DNA of 64,000 nucleotides from Squalus acanthias (taxonomy: Eukaryota), in contig CM059438.1 in NCBI GenBank assembly GCA_030390025.1, positions 79,918,001 through 79,982,000 on the forward strand. Direction: 5' to 3'. Below are positions 24,540 through 36,689 of the stretch, piece by piece (position 1 is the first letter of the stretch; every line of letters starts with the position of its first letter). The notes beneath the pieces were generated by a model. The model made no database searches, was not told the DNA's origin, and saw only the letters and a list, made by a program, of their open reading frames with translations. Both the position numbers and the translations under genes were made by a program.

Positions 24540-24732
24540 AACAATTTATTATCGAACACAACTCTCCCTTATGAAACACAACTATTCATAAACAAGCACA
24601 ACCATTTATCAACAAACACAACTCTCTCTTATCAAACTGAACTATTTGTTACCAAACACAAATATTTATTTTATAAGCATAACTATTTGTTCACAAACAC
24701 AATATATTTACAAACACATCAATTTATTAACT
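24540..24732. repeat. Imperfect ~18-20-bp tandem array (aaacacaactatttat-like) between the convergent 3' ends of the Harbinger genes
   Basis: Repeated aaacacaactct / aaacacaactatt / aagcacaaccatt / aagcataactatt units, with several TTTATT (minus-strand AATAAA). Confidence 0.7.
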
Positions 24733-24764
24733 CACACTACCCCCATTTGCTACTAAAGTATTCT

Positions 24765-26709
24765 TTACTCCCCCTTCTTCAATGATTTCCCTCCCCTTTT
24801 GAGTTTCCCCCCCTCCCAACCCTACTGCTCCTCCGTAATGTGGCCCCAGTGGCTGCAGCAAGGCTGATGGAAGGCTGCTGAGTCTGGGAGCCAGAGACTG
24901 CAGATGGCCTTGCAGGACGCTCTCAACCAGCTCTGGGCCTGGAAGGCCCGGCTGCAGACTGTACCATATGGACGGCAGCAGTCTGGGATGGCTGGGTTAC
25001 AGGCTGCGACAAGTGCAATGGCGGAGTGGTAGTGGTGGGAGCAGGAATGCTGTCATCCTGAGAGGACCGCACCTTCCTGCTCGACCGACACACTGCCACT
25101 ACCCTGGGGCAGGATCTCCGCATCCGGAGCAATCTGCACGAGCACAGATTGCTGGCCTGCTGCGGCACCGTGAGATCCCCGGTGGACTGTGGGCGACCCA
25201 GCGAAGATGGCAGCAGTCAGTGCTTGCGTAGTATCAACCTGAGACTGCATCAGAGCAGTCTGAGATTGCATGCCAGCAACCACTGACTCCATTACAGGTT
25301 GCGTTGCTTCCGCCTGTGCTGCAATAGCTACTGCCACCTCACCCATGACAAGTGGCATGAGGTCTGGGTCAAGGATGGGCTCGATGGTGTGAGCAGAGCG
25401 GAGTGCAATGTTGGCAGCGGACTACTCCACGCTCCTTGCCAGTGCATCCATATTCTCGGGCACCCTTGCCAGTGCACCCATGAGTTCGGTGTGCATGTCC
25501 ATCGCCTGTCTGGTCAACACCTCCACATCGAGGTCCTCATCTGAGTCCTGTGCAGCAGAACTTGCGCGCACTCACCCTCCGGGGAGATAGCCCCCGAGCT
25601 TCCCTTTCCCCGTGGTGTTGCTGCAGCCCGCTGGGTCCCGGGGCTTCACCCACATCAGACCCATGTACTAGGCTCCCCTCCAGCGACCGCGTCGCCCCAT
25701 TATCGGATCTAGCGCCTTCGGGAGACACAGGCAGTGAGGCTCTGGCTTGTTCTACCTCCTCCTCTCCCGCGTCGCTGCCACTGGGAGTCTGAGGGACAGG
25801 CTGGTCAGCTGGTGGCTGATTATCTGAAAGCATTACAACAGTGACTCCACTTCAAAAGTACTTCATTGACTGTAAAGCGCTTTGAGATGTCCGGTGGTCG
25901 TGAAAGGCGCTATATAAATGCAAGTCTTTCTTTTCTTTCATAAAGGCACAAGAGTGGGGTTAAGGTCAGGGGAGGGGGGCAGGAAGGGAGCAAGGAATGG
26001 AGACAGTATACTTAGATGGAAAGTGGGAAAGGCTTGCGGTGCGAGGGGGAACTGGTATGAGAGAAGAGGGAGAAGTGATGAACATACTGTTGTTGTCCCC
26101 AAGGGGGTCGACGTCTCAGACGGCCACAGCACCCACAACCTGGGCCCCAATGATGCGGCCCACTCGCTCCTCCAGGTCTGTAAGGGGGAGCAGGTCCACC
26201 TCCTGTTTGTAGCTGCTCCCTCCTGTTGTGAGCAAGCTTGGCCTCCAAGAAAAAGGAAAGCGTGTGAGTGAGTGTGCAGCTATGTGTTTGGCATATGTGC
26301 CTACCATAGTTGAATAGCTGTTAATGTATGCAAGGCATGAGCTGTGCATGTCACTTTTAGTAGGTGGGCATAGTTGGTGGATGAGTGTTGGGGATGTGGC
26401 GGTTTATACAGTGTGTGCACAGACTGAGGTTGAGATGGTGGCATGTAGAGGTTTATGAAGCATCTTCTCACCCGACCACCCGAGTGGTCATTGAACTTCT
26501 TCCGGCACTAGGAAGAGAGTTCTGTGGACCACACTTCTGGCTGACACGTCCTGGGCCATCTCCCTCCACATCCTCAAGGCCTGTGGCAATGGCCTCCTGC
26601 CAGTGTCTGGGAAGAGCACTGCCCGTTGGCGTTCCACGGCCGTGACCAGAGCCTCCAAACTGTGGTCGCTGAACTGGCGAGTGAGCTCTCTGGGCCTCTG
26701 ATTAGCCAT
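24765..26709 (-). pseudogene. Harbinger Myb/SANT-like DNA-binding protein gene, 3 exons (~26709-26472, 26242-26088, 25823-24765), frameshifted
   Basis: MANQRPRELTRQFSDHSLEALVTAVERQRAVLFP...W.EMAQDVSARS (trihelix/Myb-like), then AKLAHNRREQLQTGGG and LTDLEERV. GT/AG boundaries are visible, and the C-terminus is low complexity. Confidence 0.82.
25831..25934 (+). mobile_element. Deu-type SINE 3' tail inserted in intron 2 of the Myb gene
   Basis: cattacaacagtgact...ctgtaaagcgctttg...gtgaaaggcgctatataaatgcaagtctttctttt, the same tail as 31146-31259. Confidence 0.85.
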
Positions 26710-27303
26710 GACTTCTTTGAGTGAAGGCTTGCAGCTCCTTGCAGGCCCAGTTCACAAGCAGCAATGATCAGAGTGAGGCTGTGCAGCATGATTAAACCTC
26801 TCCTTTAAGAACTGGAAGGCGCCAGTCTGTCTGATTTTCTAATTGACAGTGCCGGACCTTGATTAGCGCTTTGAAGGTAGCTTCTCACTCTTCAACGTTA
26901 GTGCCCTAAGAGAAGTGTCTGGTGCTTGATTTAGCACTCCACTTCCTTCTTGGGGTGCTAAAATTCAATTTCACAGTCACCGGTGCTAAAGTTAGCACCC
27001 CAAAATGGTTGATAACGAATTCTTCCCCCCCCCCCCCACCCCCCGAGATCCATGGTGCAGAACCCCAAAAAGTTTGTAGGGAATGTGGTGAGGGAAATCA
27101 AGAAATCATCATTAAGAAATGCCATGCTTGGGCTTTACAAGACTGTAGATTGTTGAAGTAAGGGGCAATTAAGGCAAGGAATTTCAGTTTTGTAAAAGGG
27201 TGACGCTTCAGTAGATTAAACTACTTATAAAATTCCTACTGGTGAAAATTATAAATGCCAACTGTTATAAATTTGAATCATATACACACACATTTAGGAG
27301 GGA

Positions 27304-28301
27304 TTCTTCTTCTTAGGCAGTCCCTCAGATACGAGGGTGACTTGCTTCCACACTAAAAATGAGTTCTCAGGTGACTGATGAGTCCAATGCGGGACCTACA
27401 GTCTGTCACAGGTTGGGCAGACGGTGGTTGAAGGGGCAGGTGGGTGGGGTGCTTGGGTTGACGTGTGCTCCTTCCGCTGTTTACGCTTGGCTTCCGCTTG
27501 CTCCCGGCGAAGAGACTCGAGGTATTCGGCGCCTCCGCTGTGTGCGGTCTTGGGCCAGGGATTCCCAGGTGTCGGTGGGGATGTTGCACTTTTTCCAAGG
27601 AGGCTTTGAGGGTGTCCTTGAAGCATTTCCTCTGCCCACCTGGGGCTCTCTTGCCGTGTCGGAGCTCTGAGTAGGGCGCTTGTTTTGGGAGTCTCGTATC
27701 GGGCATGCGGACGATGTGGCGTGTCCATCGGAGCTGATCGAGCGTGGTCAAAGCTTCGATGCTGGGGATGTTGGCCTGAGCGAGAACACCGACGTTGGTG
27801 CGCCTATCCTGCCAATGGATTTGCAGGATCTTGCAGAGGCAGCGTTGGTGGTACCTCTCCAGTGCTTTGAGGTGCCTGCTGTACATGGTCCATGTCTCTG
27901 AAGCATACAGGAGGGCAGGTATCACTACTGCTCTGTAGACCATGAGCTTGGTGCTGAGTTTGAGGTCCTGGTCTTCAAACACTCTCTTCCTCAGGCGACC
28001 GAAGGCTGCACTGGCACACTGAAGGCGGTGTTGGACTTAGTCATCGACGTCTGCCCTTGTTGACAGTAGGCTCCCGAGGTATGGAAAGTGGTCCACGTTG
28101 TCCATGGCCTCATCATGGATTTTGATAATCGGGGAGCAGTACTGTGTGGCGGGGGCAGGTTGGTAGAGGACCTTTGTCTTACGGATGTTTAGTGTAAGGC
28201 CCATGCTCTCGTTCGCTTCGGTGAAGGTGTTGACGATGGTTTGGAGTTCGGCCTCAGAGTGTGCGCAGACGTAAGTGTCATCTGCATACTGTAATTCGAT
28301 T
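27304..28301 (-). mobile_element. 5'-truncated RTE-clade LINE (RT C-terminal half)
   Basis: Minus strand IELQYADD at the 5' break, then KLSTKLMVYRAVVIPALLYASETW...QRCL...RMPDTRLPKQ and a C-terminal CPTC..C.SRIGLISHLRTH finger, ending in a short (GAA)n tail. Confidence 0.9.
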
Positions 28302-29381
28302 GCAATCTTACTGTAACAACTTTATTTGGAGAAATTATATTTCTACATTTACAATAATATGCATGTTTAGGACAGCTGAAAATTTTTTATTTTCACTGGT
28401 CTGGCTTTTATAAATAATGTGAGAAATAGAAACTCATCGAGAGACATGATCATTAAATTCAAAGAGGAGAATGGGAGGCAACTAGTTAACTCCATATAAA
28501 ACATATTCAGACTGAAAAACTCTTTCTAAACTTAAAAAAATGCAAAAATTATAAATAATTTAGGGCTGGTTGAAAATCGATAGTTTTCTAATAGTTTCGT
28601 ACCGCCATGGTTAAGTTTTAAACGGATGCTATTCTTATTATACATTTCATGAAAGGTGGTCACTGTAATATTGCAGTCACTCCTGGCTTACACCTGCACC
28701 AGTTACTCTGAAAAATTCAACTCCTGGCTGATATCCTCTTTTTTTTGGTTGCTTTTTTGTAAAAATAAATACAGAATTTAACATGTTTAAAAAAATCTAT
28801 ACTAATTGACAAAATGTTTGCAGATTTACTTGCAAGTGCATGCATGTGTACGTGCGCACTTTATTCTAAACACGGCTGACAGATACAAAACATCATTTTA
28901 CACAACGTTTGCAGTAGAGACCTAAATATAGGCTTGTATTGTCCTGAGGGCAAGACTCGACAAAGGCATCTGTGATCATTCACTCCAAATACTAGCATTC
29001 TAGCTCTTTGTTCCATTTATTTAATCCTTGTAGGAACAGACCAACATGCAACATCCAGAACTTGAAATTTAAACACAAACTTACAGTAACCCAAGCACAC
29101 TGGTTACATGTTTGGTAGTTTCTACCCCTTTCCCAATGACCCTGAATTACAGTTGTATAGAGGTCAAATCCTCATTAATCTAGAACATTGCCTTTGTGCT
29201 TTCTGAATTACATTAAAAAAAAATTAAAAATTGCAATTGCACGTTCAACAGTCAAAGGACTAATGTTAACTGATTTTCTTTTAATAAACAGGAACTTTTG
29301 GTGCTGGTGAGTACTCTGAATTGTAGTCTTTTACAGTGGAGGTGGACTCCCATATATCAACATTTTGTCTGCTTAGATTGA

Positions 29382-29900
29382 GTGTCAGTTTGGCTCAGTG
29401 GCAGCACTCTGGTCTCCGACTCAAAAAGTTCTTTGTTCAAGTCTTCCTCCAGGATTTGAGCACATAATCTGGTGCAGCACTGAGGGAAGTTGCTGCATTG
29501 TCAGAGGTGCCATCTTTCGGATGAGACATTAACCCTGAGGTTCCATCTGGCTGTTCAGGTGGTTATAAAGGATCACATGACACTTTTTCAAAAGCCCATC
29601 AGCATCTGTGAAGAAACAGACAAGCTGGCCTTTCAGGTGTTAACTTGCCTGTTTGCTCCACAGATGCTGAAGGATCACCTGAGCATTTCAGCATTTTCTA
29701 TTTTTGATTCAGATTTCCAGAATTAGCAGTTCTTTTGCATTTTATTCACACTTTTTCCAAAGACCTGTCTGTATGCATATTGGCTGCCACATTTGCCGAC
29801 ACAATAGTGACTACACTTCAAAAGTAATTCACTGGTTGTGAAGCACTTGGGGATATCCGGGGCATGTGAAAGACACTATAAATGGAAGTCCTTCCTCTTT
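29382..29900 (+). mobile_element. tRNA-derived Deu-type SINE interrupted by a Penelope-like element
   Basis: Head tggctcagtggcagcactct...gttcaagtc, Deu-like core ctgagggaag..gctgcattgtcagaggtgccatctttcggatgagacattaa, and tail gtgaaagacactataaatggaagtc. Confidence 0.8.
29595..29747 (+). mobile_element. Older Penelope-like hairpin element with the ribozyme core deleted
   Basis: Arms cagcatctgtg...cacagatgctg, the shared tail ttcagatttccag...ttttgc, and a 15-bp TSD ACACTTTTTC(A/C)AAAG (29580-29594, 29748-29762). Confidence 0.75.
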
Positions 29901-30374
29901 TACATTGGGCCTCAATGTCGACACTCAGCTGGCCAGGCAGTGACAGTGAAGATTGGGAGGATAAGGAGAAGAGTACAAGATGTCCAGAGGCCTGTTGGGA
30001 TGCCAACTGCAGTTTGTGGAGGTGGTGGTGGGGTGGATGGTGTGGACAAATTCATGGGCAAGTCTGATTTTTATTTTGTAAATCTTTTGTGCATTTGCTA
30101 TGTGATAAATGGTACTTTCGGCAATACGGTGTACTGGGCGAAGAGCTGTCATGTTAGTGGCATCTCAGTAATGTCATTTTACTGGACTGGGATCATGAAG
30201 ATCTTTTTCGGTAAAATGCAAGAGAGAAAATTGAATGTTGTTGTATTTACATTACAGTTCACACTACTGAAAATCAGTTCCACAGTTATAGCGAAAGGTA
30301 CAATAGGCAAATTCTTTCACCTCTCCAACAATTAAAATTATTTGCAATTCATTGTAATAATGTACTATTACAAC

Positions 30375-30775
30375 TACAACAACAACAACATGCACTTATA
30401 TAGCACCTTTAATGTAGAAAAGCGCTTCATGGAGGCATAAGGAGGATAATCAAAAGCTTAGTGAAGGTGGTGGGTTTTAGGGAGGGCATTCAAAAAGAGG
30501 GAATTGGTGAGGCAGAGAGATTTAGGAAGGGATTTCCAGATGGGGGTTGCACAAGAGGCCGGGCAGAGTGTTCAGGGAGGAGGTTTAGGGCTGGAGGAGA
30601 TTAAGGGGGAGGCAAAGCTTTAAAACACAAGAATGAGAATTTTAAAATGAGCTGTTGGGGGAGGTCTGCCAGGACAGTAGGGATGGGCAAGCAGGACGTT
30701 GTGGAGGATAGGATATGCACAGTAGGGTTTGGGATTGGCTGGAGCTTATGGAGGCTAGATGATGGGAGCCCACCC
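30375..30775 (-). mobile_element. L2 LINE 3' fragment
   Basis: (caa)n followed by atgcacttatatagcacctttaatgtag; the minus frame reads LHKLQPIPNPTVHILS. Confidence 0.7.
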
Positions 30776-31145
30776 ATGTACTTAGCATTATTCTTAGCTC
30801 TCAATTAAGGAATTAGCTAAGCCATTGTTGGTGACAGTAGCATGTAAAAGAGAGTACTAATTATAAATGGATACAGTCTGTCAATTATCACTTTGATCCA
30901 TATTCAATGGCTAGTTGCCAGGTTGGATGGGTAGGCAGGCCAATACTGGCATAGGCATACCTCTTTAGCTCTTTACATTTCATTGGTTAGTAACCTGACT
31001 CTAATTTGACCAAAAATAAGTACAAAATACAATAAACAGTTTAAAGATTCATCTTTTAATTGGAGAGTGTCTGGTACTGTCCACCCAATAAAGAAAAATA
31101 ATTCTCTATAAATGTGAATCCTCAAATTACTGCAGCGCCTTATTG

Positions 31146-31259
31146 TCCTACATTACAACTGTGACTACACTTAAAAAAAAAGGACTTAATTGGCTGTAAA
31201 GCGCTTTGGGACGCCCTGAGGACGTGCAAGGCGCTATATAAATGCAAGTCTTTCTTTTT
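31146..31259 (+). mobile_element. Deu-type SINE 3' tail
   Basis: cctacattacaac..tgactacactt...ggctgtaaagcgctttgggacg...aggcgctatataaatgcaagtctttc. Confidence 0.8.
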
Positions 31260-31995
31260 ACTGCTATGTTGCAATATAAAGTGGTAGAAAACATGTTGCT
31301 CATGCAGTTATAATAACTGCAGTCAAGTCCATCTGGGACGATATTGGGCAACAGCAGTGTCTTTCCTGGGAAGAGAGAATTGGAGGGAAAGCCTAATCTT
31401 CTCGCAACCAGTTCAGAACATCATAGACAGAGGTCTGGATGCAGGTCACCCAGCTGCCTGAGAACTGATAAATTACTCAACTCCAAGCTAACACCATACT
31501 AATGCCAAGCCTCACTATCAGAACTTAAAAAAAAATAAACAGCAGAGAACCATTATGACCAAGTTTAGCATTCTCTCATTTTTGCATTTCTAAACATAAG
31601 CAATTAATTCCAATACCATCAGCAAGGGAAATGGCAGGGAGAACAAGCCTGTTATTTCAAGGAAACTGAATTAACAGAAACAACGATACAGTTATTAACA
31701 AAATGTTTCAATGGTATTGTCATTTCAACATGTCTGTTATTTCAGTTCCCTCATACTGCAGATCTCAGTAAGTAAAAATACCTGCAACAAGACAGACTCG
31801 TTTAAAAGATGATTTTTTATTCAAGGTATGCAACTCATCTTAAAACTAAATTTCTTCATTAAAAGACATCATCACATAACTAAATGTGAAGTGCATGTGT
31901 ACGGTAGGATAATGTTCATTCAAATCCACATAATACGCGAAGCAGAATAATTACAGTGAAAACAAGTTTCAGTATTCTACCAATGGTTCTTGTAT

Positions 31996-32423
31996 AAAAA
32001 GAAAGACTTGCATTTATATAGCACCTTTCATGACCACCAGACATCCCAAAGCACTTTACACCCAATGAAATACTTTTTTTTCCCCCCCCCCCCCACCCCA
32101 AGTGTAATCACTGTTGTAATGCAGGAAATGTGGCAGCCAATTTGCACACAGCAAGCTCCCACAAACAGCAATGTGATAATGACCAGATAAGCTGCTTTTA
32201 GTGATGTTTATTGAGGGATAAATATTGGCTAGGACACCAGGGATAACTCTTCTTCGAAATAATGCCATAGGATCTCTTATGTCCACCTGAGAGAGCAGAC
32301 GGGGCCTCGGTTTAATGTCTCATCCGAAAGACAATGCAGCGCTCCCTCAGTACTGCACTGGAGTGTCGGCCTAGATTTTGTGCTCAAGTCTCTGGAGTGG
32401 GACTTGAACCCACAACCTTCTGC
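31996..32423 (-). mobile_element. Near full-length tRNA-derived Deu-type SINE (SacSINE1/AmnSINE1-like)
   Basis: Minus-strand B-box gggttcaagtccc at ~32399-32411, the Deu-like core (cagtgcagtactgagggagcgctgc...tttcggatgagacattaaaccgaggcccc) and an L2-like tail. Confidence 0.88.
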
Positions 32424-33759
32424 CTCATTTTCTTTGCTGCCAACAGCAGCTCTAAAGTCAGCAGCAAATCAACAAAGTGCACAAGGCAATGTTAGTATTA
32501 TGAGCCGAAGTATCCATAATAGTGGAACCTCCGGCAACAATGTAAATCCAAACAGTGCCAAAATGGAGGCACCCATCTTTTTGGCTCCAGGGTCCTATGT
32601 GTTTCAAGCACTGACACCTGCTCATACAGGGAAAGTGGTTTGCTGTTGCAGGCCTTTGTGAACAGTACAAGTGGCCTCAGAGCACTGGGGTTAAGAAGGG
32701 AGTAAAAAAAATCAGCCAGAGTTCTTGTCCTTCATCATTATCCAGCAACGTGCTAGAAATGCACATTTATGGGTCCTGAGAGAACAGGGTCAGGCTCAGC
32801 CATGATCCCCCTGTGGTTAAATGGCCGACGGTCACTCACTGTCTAGGCTCGCACGTCAAGGCTGGCCACTTGGGTAAGGGCAGCGCTCAGCATTGGTGGA
32901 GCTGTACCTCAGCCAGAATCAATGTTGTCAGGACAAGAGGAAATGAAATAAACAATGAAATAATTTACAGCACTGTTGGTGAAGTAGTGGTTCCACTGGC
33001 AGCAGCGTTGTAAGGCAAGTACGACATTAAATAACTCATGACAATTTACATCAGGTACAGATCCATAGCCTGCAGACATCAAACCTTTTAAATCCAATTA
33101 TGTAGGTGTTGAGTGAGAACACAAGTGTGGCGACTTCAAATCAACCCACAAATTTGTTGCTGCCTGAAGTCTCACATTGTGGATCAAAGTCTGGCTCAGG
33201 TGTCAGACCTGGCATTTGTTTATACAGTCTAAATCCCGGGCTCTGACCAAACACTCCCTCATCTTGTTGTGGCACAGCCATCTTTATAGTGGCCTCCCTG
33301 CGTTTTTTTTTTGGAGGTCCAAAATTTTAAAAAGACAGCTTTTCTAACAGTGGCCCCATTGACCAGACTTTCTATATTAATTGTGTTTTTTGCTGAAATA
33401 AGAACAGCAAGTGAACCACGTGTTGTCAAGCACACCGGACATTACTCAAAGGTTGTCACTCGGCGGTCTTCAGGCCTGTACAAAGGCATAAAACCAGTAA
33501 GTTTGTAAATTACTAATACTTATTAGTCAAATGAATGTGTTTTTGTTAGCTGCACTGAAGTGTGCCAACGTGACCAGACCCAACGTGCTTTCTCATTCAC
33601 ATCAATGTTATTTTGAATTGGGTCTGTAGTGATGGTCATTTATAATACTGCTCATCTCTGTCCCTACCTCGCCTCCATTTCTGCTAAAACTCTCATCATA
33701 CTTGCTTAGGCAGTGAGTTTTAGTGTCCTCCAGGCTCCGCTTGTTTGACTTGATCATCT

Positions 33760-34200
33760 GCATCCTGAGCTCTTTCCTACATAAAATCCAAATTGTACAA
33801 TACTCCACCACCCACATCCTATCCTGTACAGATACTCATCCGTATTTCCAAATCCCCTCATGACCTCACCTCTGCAAATTTCTCCAGCCCTACATCCCAG
33901 CTCACAGCCTCCACTCTTTCAATTGAAGTCGATTGTGCATTCATCCTTCCACTTCACCATTGGTTGTTGAGTATGCAGCAATCACAGCCCTGAACTCTGG
34001 AATTCTCTGCCTTACCACATCTCACCCTGCCTTCAACAGCCTCCTCAACACCCATCTCTTTGATCACGACTTCAGTCACCTCCCCTGATTTTTTCTGACT
34101 ACTTGCTTGGTCTCCACACCTTCTCCTTTCCCCCACCCCCGCTTTTTGAAGCCCTGTGGTAATCTAATTGCATCAAAACCACTAAGTAAGTGCAAGTTGT
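33760..34200 (+). mobile_element. Old L2 3' fragment; similar fragments at ~36980-37130, 44680-45050 and 48660-48842
   Basis: aaatccctcatgacctcacc...ctctggaattctctgcctta...ctctttgatca...tgcaagttgt; all copies share the gctatataaatgcaagttgttg-type end. Confidence 0.55.
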
Positions 34201-34748
34201 CATTCTGTAAGAAACAGAAGCACCTGTTACTAAAACTATTCTAAAACTCTCTGAACAGATCTGCAGAAATTTGAAAAGTACTCACTCACGTAACAACACA
34301 GTCCTGTTTTTGCTGTTGAAGTGGAGATAAGCACGCCGCCTCAGTTTCCTTTGATTTCTCTTTACCATCAATAATTTATACTTGGAAATTAATGAGAGGA
34401 AAGGGCTAGGAGAATGTCAAGATAAAAATAGTACTGGAATAGGAAGGTAGGTTTACAAAAGAAAAGGTGACTGAAAATGCTCCCGTATTATTGTGTCGAG
34501 TTTACTCATCTAGGCTCTGTCATGTTGGGGCCGATGAAGAAGGAAAAAGGTATTTGAAACTTCAAATAATAAAAAAGTTAGGATAGGAGAGTGTCAAATA
34601 AAAAAATGGGGAAAGAAAGAAAATGAAAAGGGCATTACAAAATGAACACTGCCAAGATGTTTCTTTATGTAAATGGCGTTTTAGATATTTAATTTGTAGT
34701 TTATAGGTAAAACTACAAAAGCAAAACTATTACAAAAGCAAAACTATT

Positions 34749-34973
34749 ACAAAAGCAAAATATTGCGGATGCTGGAAATCTGAAATAAAAACAGAAAATG
34801 CTGGAAATACTCAGCAGGTCAGGCAGCATCTGTGGAGAGAGAAACAGAGTCAACGTTTCAGGTTGATGACCCTTTGTCAGACGAAAGGTCATCGACCTGA
34901 AACGTTAGCTCTGTTTCTCTCTCCACAGATGCTGCCAGACCTGCTGAGTATTTCCAGCATTTTCTGTTTTTAT
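34749..34973 (-). mobile_element. Non-autonomous Penelope-like hairpin element, same family as 11643-11877 but in the opposite orientation
   Basis: ~95-bp inverted arms centred near 34880 and a 12-bp TSD AGCAAAACTATT (34737-34748, 34974-34985). Confidence 0.8.
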
Positions 34974-36689
34974 AGCAAAACTATTCCTGTGTCAGTAGTT
35001 TTAGTACTGTAATATTTTCAGTGTCACAGTGCATGGGCTGAAAGCACACAAAACTGGGTTGCCTCAGGGGAGACTTTCCCTGAATGTGCTAGCAGCCAAA
35101 GGATTGGGTTTACTGGTTGACAAGAATCAACTGCATTGCACATCAGCTAACTTACAACTCTTCTCTATTTAACACAGAAATAAACCTAACTACAGTACTT
35201 GAAAATATAGCCTGAGTAAATTATTTCCATCAATATACTGATGGTAGCTCTTAAGTTATTGCTTTAACCTCACTCTCAGTTTTGGCCATTTTTACAATTT
35301 CTTCTTGCTTTTTCATTGTGTTCTTTATTTCATTTTTAATTCCATCACCTCTGTGGTTTTTATTCAGTTGATCGAGTTATTTTTTCTAATAATTGAGATT
35401 TTTATTGAAATCAAAATCATTCCTCATAATTATCTAGGATATTCGGAAATGACTTCCACCTACAGCAAGACATGTGGAATATGTGATACCAGTTATTAAT
35501 TATGGCCTTGCATGTCCCCATTAAAGTTCATTTCCATTGTTACAATAAGCAATCTAACAGTCAATTTAGCCAGAATTCCCTGCCTAAGCTAGCATTAGTC
35601 ATGCCTGCAACCACTCTCCAAAAAGATCAGTTTTGATTATTTTTGTACAACAGCCATAATAGAATTATTAACTGCTCCAATGCAACTATTTCAACAGTTG
35701 ACTACTTCAACATTACCAATTGGCAATTGGATAACACGATGAAAACAGCAAGTTGCATTCCTGAAACTGGCTATGTACTCTCATTACACCTGTCCACAGA
35801 AAACTTGCAATGTTGAAACCTTTTGCAGTCCACAGTTGAACCTGAATTTCGTGCATTCTCCGTCACTTCATTTCCCATCCCCCTGTACCTAAAGGAGTGT
35901 AGCTGAAATATTGAAGAAACACAAAGAGAGAGACGGAATGCTTTACGATCTGCTTTCCGTTAAACTAGGCATCATAGCCCACTCCTTCTTATAGTGTATG
36001 TAACCAAATGTTTGTGTTTAGAATTTCACTCATCAGGTAGCAATTTTATCATAAACATGAATGTTATTCCATTCAGGCATGATAAATGAGTTAGGGCACT
36101 GGACAACCCCTCCACCTTGCCCTCCCCACCCCCCAAACCTCAGTGGAGTTTCATTTATCAGAGTCCACTACAAGAAAGTTTCACTTTACTGATAGTTTGC
36201 CTGTGATGCTGCATGCTGGTGCTTAACACCACTCAAGGAGAAAAAATGTTGTCTCCTCCCCGTCTCACCATACCTTGCTCCAGCAGTTGGGTGGCCATTC
36301 TAGGTTGCCCTTTTGCTCTGTAACTAGCCAATTAGGTTTTTCTCTCTCGTGGACCACTCTCTAATTTTCCTATCCTTTCTGTTTGTAGGGACACCCAGAA
36401 CTCAGCAGTGTTAGGAAACTAAACCTGCATTCCAACATGGTTTTTAATGCATTTAGTACTGAAGTGGTGGGCTCTCTGCATTAACTAACTTGTATATTGT
36501 TCTTCTCTAACATCTAAAATATATTTAGCCCATTGTAGTATTCTAATACAAAGGAAACAATTAAGTGGATCAAGCAAATCTTTACTTATCAGATTCTGGC
36601 TGAGAGCCAATTGCAGGTGAAAATATTGAGCACACAAAAATCCTTCCACAATCCAGCTATGATTCAGAAACAATACTGCGGACAATCTT

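Larger units (their letters stand above)
22928..27028 (+). mobile_element. Full-length autonomous-type PIF/Harbinger DNA transposon, decayed
   Basis: Left end TAA|GGGGCTAGAAATTC; right end GAATTCTTCCCC followed by a C-run that hides the TSD. Convergent transposase and Myb/SANT genes, with repeated subterminal TTAG(C/T)(G/A)C motifs. Confidence 0.88.

Noticed and set aside
24540-24732. CRISPR-like repeat array
   Set aside because: The units are degenerate and adjacent with no unique spacers, the context is eukaryotic, and there are no cas genes.
23372-26709. Domesticated host genes HARBI1, NAIF1 or MSANTD
   Set aside because: Both genes are frameshifted, a conserved transposase segment is deleted, and the pair is bounded by TIRs. 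This is a transposon copy, not a host gene.
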